Origin: a bacterium | GTDB taxonomy: Bacteria; Zhuqueibacterota; Zhuqueibacteria; Oceanimicrobiales; Oceanimicrobiaceae | Length of the DNA: 11,387 nucleotides | Direction of reading: 5' to 3' | Assembly: GCA_046757165.1 (NCBI GenBank) | Contig: JBHHXT010000156.1 | Coordinates: 1 to 11,387 of the forward strand | Part shown: piece by piece, positions 7,226 to 11,387 of the stretch | Position numbering within the stretch: position 1 is the first letter of the stretch | How the letters are laid out: every line of letters begins with the position of its first letter | Made by a program: the position numbers and the translations under genes | The notes under the pieces: model-generated | What the model saw: the letters and a program-made list of their open reading frames with translations, nothing else | The model's database searches: none | Told to the model about the DNA's origin: nothing

Positions 7226-7242
7226 CGCAACTAATATGCCAG
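7226..7242 (-). promoter_or_regulatory. Putative sigma54 (-24/-12) promoter for the Rieske-cytb-HAO-nap operon
   Basis: Minus strand CTGGCATATTAGTTGCG has exact GG-N10-GC spacing with TGGCA and TTGC, about 220 nt upstream of the Rieske start and correctly oriented. Confidence 0.75.
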
Positions 7243-7338
7243 ATCCGGGCAAGAAGACAGGTGCATGCTCTAACTCAGTGTTCATAAGAATTTGAGTGGC
7301 ACACCAGAGGGCTCGCGTGAGGTTGTGCAAGGCTGAAG

Positions 7339-7361
7339 TATTTTCCAAAAAAGGGAAAATA
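7339..7361. promoter_or_regulatory. Inverted repeat, candidate transcription factor or enhancer-binding protein site
   Basis: TATTTTCC-AAAAAAG-GGAAAATA, perfect 8-bp arms, centred about 135 nt upstream of the predicted sigma54 start. Confidence 0.45.
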
Positions 7362-7386
7362 GCCCCGGAAGATTCTTATCTGTGAG

Positions 7387-7414
7387 AATATAACAAACGT
7401 GCGCAAGAAGTCAA
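7387..7414 (-). promoter_or_regulatory. Putative sigma70-type promoter pointing toward the operon
   Basis: Minus strand TTGACT-N16-TATATT with an extended -10 TGn (TGT-TATATT). Confidence 0.55.
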
Positions 7415-7474
7415 GCAAGAATACAGAAATGTCACAGGCAGATGATGTGATGTGTCTTCAAGATTCAAAAATAA

Positions 7475-7553
7475 ACCGCTAATTCACTCGAATGCGCACT
7501 AATTGTCTTTCGCCCCAAAGGGTTCATTCGCGTGGATCAGCGTAATTCGCGGT
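7475..7553. repeat. Imperfect REP-like palindrome with internal ~9-10 nt periodicity
   Basis: Left arm ACCGCTAATTCACTCGAATGCGCACTAAT versus reverse complement of right arm ACCGCGAATTACGCTGATCCACGCGAAT. Confidence 0.65.
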
Positions 7554-7559
7554 CAGGGT

Positions 7560-7615
7560 ACCACACGGATAAAAAGCCCCCATGGATCTTCCGTGTGGTT
7601 ATTTGATCCGTGTGG
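7560..7615. repeat. Inverted repeat with one left arm and two alternative right arms
   Basis: ACCACACGGA (7560-7569) pairs perfectly with TCCGTGTGGT (7590-7599); CCACACGGAT (7561-7570) pairs perfectly with ATCCGTGTGG (7606-7615). Confidence 0.75.
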
Positions 7616-7655
7616 CCCCACTCTCGATAAAATCGTCGATGTCTGGCGCCAGGCG

Positions 7656-7671
7656 TTTAATTTAAATTAAA
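7656..7671. promoter_or_regulatory. Perfect 16-bp AT-only palindrome, possible operator
   Basis: TTTAATTTAAATTAAA is its own reverse complement; about 80 nt upstream of the kinase ATG. Function not shown by sequence. Confidence 0.35.
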
Positions 7672-7749
7672 GTAAGAATTCACATAAGCCTTGCTTTTAC
7701 GCTCAAAATTTTAGACCTTCATGCGGTTCAATTCAGCACCAATTCTTCC

Positions 7750-8985
7750 ATGAAAACAGAGTATAAATACACAGCCCTGCTGCTGGACCACATCTGCACG
7801 ACCATACAACAGAGCCCGGGAACAGCGGAGAACTGTCTTCAGCTCATGAAGCTCGCCAACCTGGGGAAGCTGATGGGTGGCGTCGCACACACCTTTAACA
7901 ATATCCTGGGAGGAATCCTGGGGTATTCGCAACTGTTGAAGGAGGAGCTGCAAGCTGATTCCGATGCCTACCGCCAGGCGCAGGTCATTGAGGCGGCCTC
8001 CAAACGTGCCTCCAGGTTGATCTCTCAACTGCAAGTCTATGCGCAAAACCACTCTGGCTACAAACGAATCGTCGACCCGAAAACCGTCGTGGAGGAAGTC
8101 CTGGCCATCGTCGCCAGCTCTTTTGGCAAGAACATCAAGACCTCCACTTCATATCACCATGCCAACGCCAGAATCATTATTGACTTTGCAGCAACACTGC
8201 ATGTCCTGTTGACCCTTTGTCTGAACGCAAAAGAAGCGATGCCTGACGGCGGGCAAATTGACATCGCGACTGAACTGGAGCGCGATGACCAAATTGAGCA
8301 TGGAGCCGACACCAGCGGGAGGGAACGAAACGGTTGCACGGTTATTTTCAAAGTCAGCGATACCGGCGTCGGCATCAAGCAGGAGCACCTGGCCAGAGTT
8401 TTCGAGCCGTTTTTTTCGACAAAACCGCCTGAGCTGGCGAGTGGACTGGGCTTGACCATGGCGCAGAGCATCGCTCGTGACCACGGCGGCGAGATTACCG
8501 TCGAGTCACAAGAGGGCAAGGGCGCAACATTCTCTCTCCACATTCCCGCCGCCAACAAGCCCCTGGTTTCAGCGACCTCCAGGAAGACGGCAGGCCGTGA
8601 AAACAAAAACGGCCGCGGTGAGGTCATCATGGTGGTCGATGATGAAATCGAGCTGTGCCTGATGGCAAAAAAGATCCTGGAAAACAAAGGCTACGCCGTC
8701 ATCGTTGCGAACTCGGGCAGAAGCGCCATCAAAGAACTCGAGGAGCACGCCAACGAAATTCAACTGGTCATCCTCGATATGAACATGCCTGGAGAAGATG
8801 GCGTGAAAGTCTACCAAACCCTGAAACAGCTCAGCACTCAATCGAAGGTCATCCTCACCAGCGGATACACCTACAACTCGCCCTACCAGCATCTCATCGA
8901 CAAGGCGAAAGACCCGTTCATCCCAAAACCATGGGATTTGCCGGAGCTGATCAAAGAAACACGGCGGGTGTTGGCGGGTTCGTAA
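7750..8985 (+). CDS. Cytoplasmic hybrid histidine kinase/receiver protein (HisKA-HATPase_c-REC) without a sensor domain
   Basis: H-box GGVAHTFNNIL (H47), N-box LCLNAKEAMPDGG, DTGVGI, FEPFFSTK, SGLGL; receiver VVDDE...ILD343MNMP...TSG...KPW. An in-frame stop at 7663 excludes an upstream sensor extension. Confidence 0.92.
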   Translation: MKTEYKYTALLLDHICTTIQQSPGTAENCLQLMKLANLGKLMGGVAHTFNNILGGILGYSQLLKEELQADSDAYRQAQVIEAASKRASRLISQLQVYAQNHSGYKRIVDPKTVVEEVLAIVASSFGKNIKTSTSYHHANARIIIDFAATLHVLLTLCLNAKEAMPDGGQIDIATELERDDQIEHGADTSGRERNGCTVIFKVSDTGVGIKQEHLARVFEPFFSTKPPELASGLGLTMAQSIARDHGGEITVESQEGKGATFSLHIPAANKPLVSATSRKTAGRENKNGRGEVIMVVDDEIELCLMAKKILENKGYAVIVANSGRSAIKELEEHANEIQLVILDMNMPGEDGVKVYQTLKQLSTQSKVILTSGYTYNSPYQHLIDKAKDPFIPKPWDLPELIKETRRVLAGS

Positions 8986-9043
8986 ACGTTCACGACGAAC
9001 GCTTCACCAGCAATCCCAGCGAAGACGATCGTCATGTTGCCCA

Positions 9044-11155
9044 CTATTTCATTAGAATCATGGAGCGGGTCCTTGACACCCTACGTGTCTGCAATCTATA
9101 GAGATACATGCCGCTTGGGAACGCCCGCATATCTACCACGGCAGAATGGTCTCCCGCTGATTTCTGACCATCCTCCAGAATCAGAATCTCTTGCCCAAGG
9201 AGGTTGAAGACGGATAGCCGCACCTCGCCAGAACGCTGCAGCCGGTACCGTATGACGGTCGTTGCATTGAACGGATTTGGCGAGGTCGGAAATAGCACGC
9301 TGTCGTTGTTGCGGGGAGCGGCGAACGCCGCTACGGACGAAACGACATTGGTGAGAGTCAAAATGAGGTCGTCGCTCTTGAAAGAGCTGGACCAGAAGCT
9401 TACTGGTTCACCGTTATCTTTTTGAACAACGAGCCCAGCGAGTTTCCTGCCATGGTCAACAACAATGCTGAGCATGTCATTGACGGGGAGGTTTTCTTCA
9501 GGAATCGTTATGGTCAGGACGTCGTTGGCAAGCGACGATTGATACGTGAAGGCCACCCTATCTCTCCAGAAGTCTCCAAACGTGTCCATGTCCACAACAA
9601 GAATGTCTTGCGGAAGTTCGTTCAGCAGCTGTTCTTCGGCCAGCAACTTGAAATCTCGATTGGGGTGTATGAGCAGGACAGTAGGCGCATAGTTGGCGGC
9701 GTTGCTCAAAATGACATCGTACCATATTGCCACTTTGGAGGGATAGTTGTCCGCCGAGATAGGGTCACTCATAAAGACATCAGAAATGGTGTTGGGAATT
9801 TCATAGATGTTGGTCGTTTTGCCCGAGAAGGAGTTGTTTTGCCGTAACAAGTACGGAAAATTTGTCAAGACGTCGTTGGCACTCCGGGAAGAGTCGTAAT
9901 CATATCCGACTGAATCGAGCACGGCCGCCTGTTTCTTGTTCCAAAACAAGAAGCCCGTTCGGAAGGTCCTAACGACGACGCCAAAATCTCCTTCCAGGAG
10001 ATTTTTTGAAACCTCGATTTCACCAAAAACATTGCCGCCACGCGTGGTCTTGCCATCATAGGCGGGCTGATATGTTTCTCTCGTAAGCCCAGTTTCCCCT
10101 TCCGGGAAGATGTCTTCATCTGGCCAATCGGGAAAGTGGCCAACAGTATGGCTCGCAAGCTTCTGATTCTTGGCGATGAGGCCGGCTATCTGAGCAAGAT
10201 TTGGTGTGTAAAAGTCTTTGCCAATTTTGTCATGCATGTAGTGCGTCGTGATGTTGTACGTTGCAACGATACCATGTTGACTCTCGAGGTTCGCGAATTC
10301 GCTCAACATGTCCATACCGGACTGGCTGTCAACATCATGCGTCACAATGAGTGTGGCCTGACTGGCGTATGGACTTGTATGCTTCCAGCTTGCAAAGGGG
10401 ACCTGGCTGGTGTAAATGCCCCTCAAGAATAGGATGACCACGTCCGACGTTGGTTCAAATCCGTTTGAATAGGTTCTTTCAGCTCTGTAATCGTTGTCGG
10501 TCTGGTTGCGGACGATCAGGTCAGAAAAGGAAAACCCCAGGGCATAGGCTCGGCCTGCCCCGTAATCGTGTCTGGTTACCGCCGCTGAACCGTCATCAAA
10601 ATAGGCTAATGCCGTGGCGCCGTCGAGTTCGTAGCTTCTGGTGGTAATGACCGTGCTCTGGGTCATCTCGCCAAAGCTTATTGTCTGCTCGAGTGGATTA
10701 TCGAAATAGGACAGCGCGGGGTCATTCAGGCTCATATCCCAAGTCATGCTGTGTCGCGTCTCTGCCCATTGTTGATCAGAGATACCAAACAGAGCGTAAA
10801 GTTCACGGTCCCTGACATTCGGCGCGACCAAAACGCCCCCCGTCTCTACATATGCTTTCAACTCAGTTTTTTCTGCTGCATCCAATGTTGCTCGTTTCGT
10901 CTTGGAGGTAAGAACGATGACGGCGTGTTGCTTCGCCACCGCGACTTGGGAGGTCAAAACAAACGGCATTCCAGCAACCTCCAGAGCATGTTGTGTTGAA
11001 AAAAGCCTGGAATCGGACTCGTTGTTCCGTTGTGTGAGGTCCAGTAACGCCACGGACCTGAGCGCCGAGTGCTGTGCGGAAACAGACCCAATAGTGGACG
11101 GGAAATACCAGACCAGCATGCTCGAGGAAACAAGTATCGAAATTGACGTCTTCAT
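9044..11155 (-). CDS. Secreted protein: GATase1-like/beta-galactosidase trimerisation-like domain, polysaccharide deacetylase (NodB/CE4)-like domain and T9SS type A-like C-terminal domain
   Basis: N-terminal signal-like sequence; LKAYVETGGVLV...YGAGRAY (GATase1-like fold); THDVD, SHTVGH, FRTG, YDSS, LIHP (CE4-like motifs); C-terminal PNPFNATTVIRY...VFNLLGQEI...PSGMYLYRL...MILMK. Confidence 0.8.
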   Translation of the reverse strand: MKTSISILVSSSMLVWYFPSTIGSVSAQHSALRSVALLDLTQRNNESDSRLFSTQHALEVAGMPFVLTSQVAVAKQHAVIVLTSKTKRATLDAAEKTELKAYVETGGVLVAPNVRDRELYALFGISDQQWAETRHSMTWDMSLNDPALSYFDNPLEQTISFGEMTQSTVITTRSYELDGATALAYFDDGSAAVTRHDYGAGRAYALGFSFSDLIVRNQTDNDYRAERTYSNGFEPTSDVVILFLRGIYTSQVPFASWKHTSPYASQATLIVTHDVDSQSGMDMLSEFANLESQHGIVATYNITTHYMHDKIGKDFYTPNLAQIAGLIAKNQKLASHTVGHFPDWPDEDIFPEGETGLTRETYQPAYDGKTTRGGNVFGEIEVSKNLLEGDFGVVVRTFRTGFLFWNKKQAAVLDSVGYDYDSSRSANDVLTNFPYLLRQNNSFSGKTTNIYEIPNTISDVFMSDPISADNYPSKVAIWYDVILSNAANYAPTVLLIHPNRDFKLLAEEQLLNELPQDILVVDMDTFGDFWRDRVAFTYQSSLANDVLTITIPEENLPVNDMLSIVVDHGRKLAGLVVQKDNGEPVSFWSSSFKSDDLILTLTNVVSSVAAFAAPRNNDSVLFPTSPNPFNATTVIRYRLQRSGEVRLSVFNLLGQEILILEDGQKSAGDHSAVVDMRAFPSGMYLYRLQTRRVSRTRSMILMK

Positions 11156-11387
11156 TGCCTTGCATATTCCCTACATTTCTATGACATCAGAAGTTGGGCC
11201 GCATTACGGCCACCATCTCATATCGACACCTCCCTGCCAGTATTTGAGCACTCATCTCCGCTAGCCGTGAGGTAGCGAAGCTGAGCCAAACAGGCGGCAG
11301 ACATATCTGCCGGGGTGGAAACCGGAATACTTAGCCGATGTAATCGTCATCAAGATACTGGTTCACTACCCTACCGCTTCTCCCCCA

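Noticed and set aside
7297..7312. TGGCAC on the plus strand as a sigma54 promoter for the kinase
   Set aside because: Spacing is GG-N11-GC and there is no TTGC element.
3130..10999. Remaining short track ORFs overlapping the called genes (e.g. 3130-3732, 3794-4381, 5296-5757, 8154-8687, 9422-9847)
   Set aside because: All overlap well-supported CDSs in other frames or strands and show no motifs of their own.
11193..11199. GTTGGGC as an attC/attI core site
   Set aside because: A lone 7-mer with no matching inverse core or L boxes, and the adjacent gene has no attC after its stop.
11295..11312. CGGCAGA-CATA-TCTGCCG hairpin as terminator or ncRNA
   Set aside because: Real 7-bp inverted repeat, but no clean U-tract, no recognisable RNA family, and upstream context lies outside the window.

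Overview
The window is dominated by a six-gene minus-strand operon (7007->480): Rieske Fe-S protein, fused cytochrome b6/subunit IV-type cytochrome b, membrane-anchored octaheme HAO-family cytochrome c lacking the cross-linking Tyr, napD, napA, and an internally duplicated tetraheme NapB-like lipoprotein. No napC, napGH or nrfAH is present. I infer a Rieske/cytb (Q-cycle) complex wired to periplasmic nitrate reduction and possibly to HAO-type nitrite/hydroxylamine reduction, i.e. a candidate NrfA-independent, energy-conserving nitrate ammonification module. Upstream lie candidate sigma54 and sigma70 promoters, several palindromic or short-period repeats, and a divergent sensorless hybrid histidine kinase with degenerate motifs. 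The left edge holds a doubly truncated integron-integrase remnant. The right end encodes a secreted polysaccharide-deacetylase-like protein with a T9SS-type C-terminal domain, which suggests (inference) an FCB-affiliated host such as KSB1 or Calditrichota. All family assignments come from motif recognition; no searches were run.
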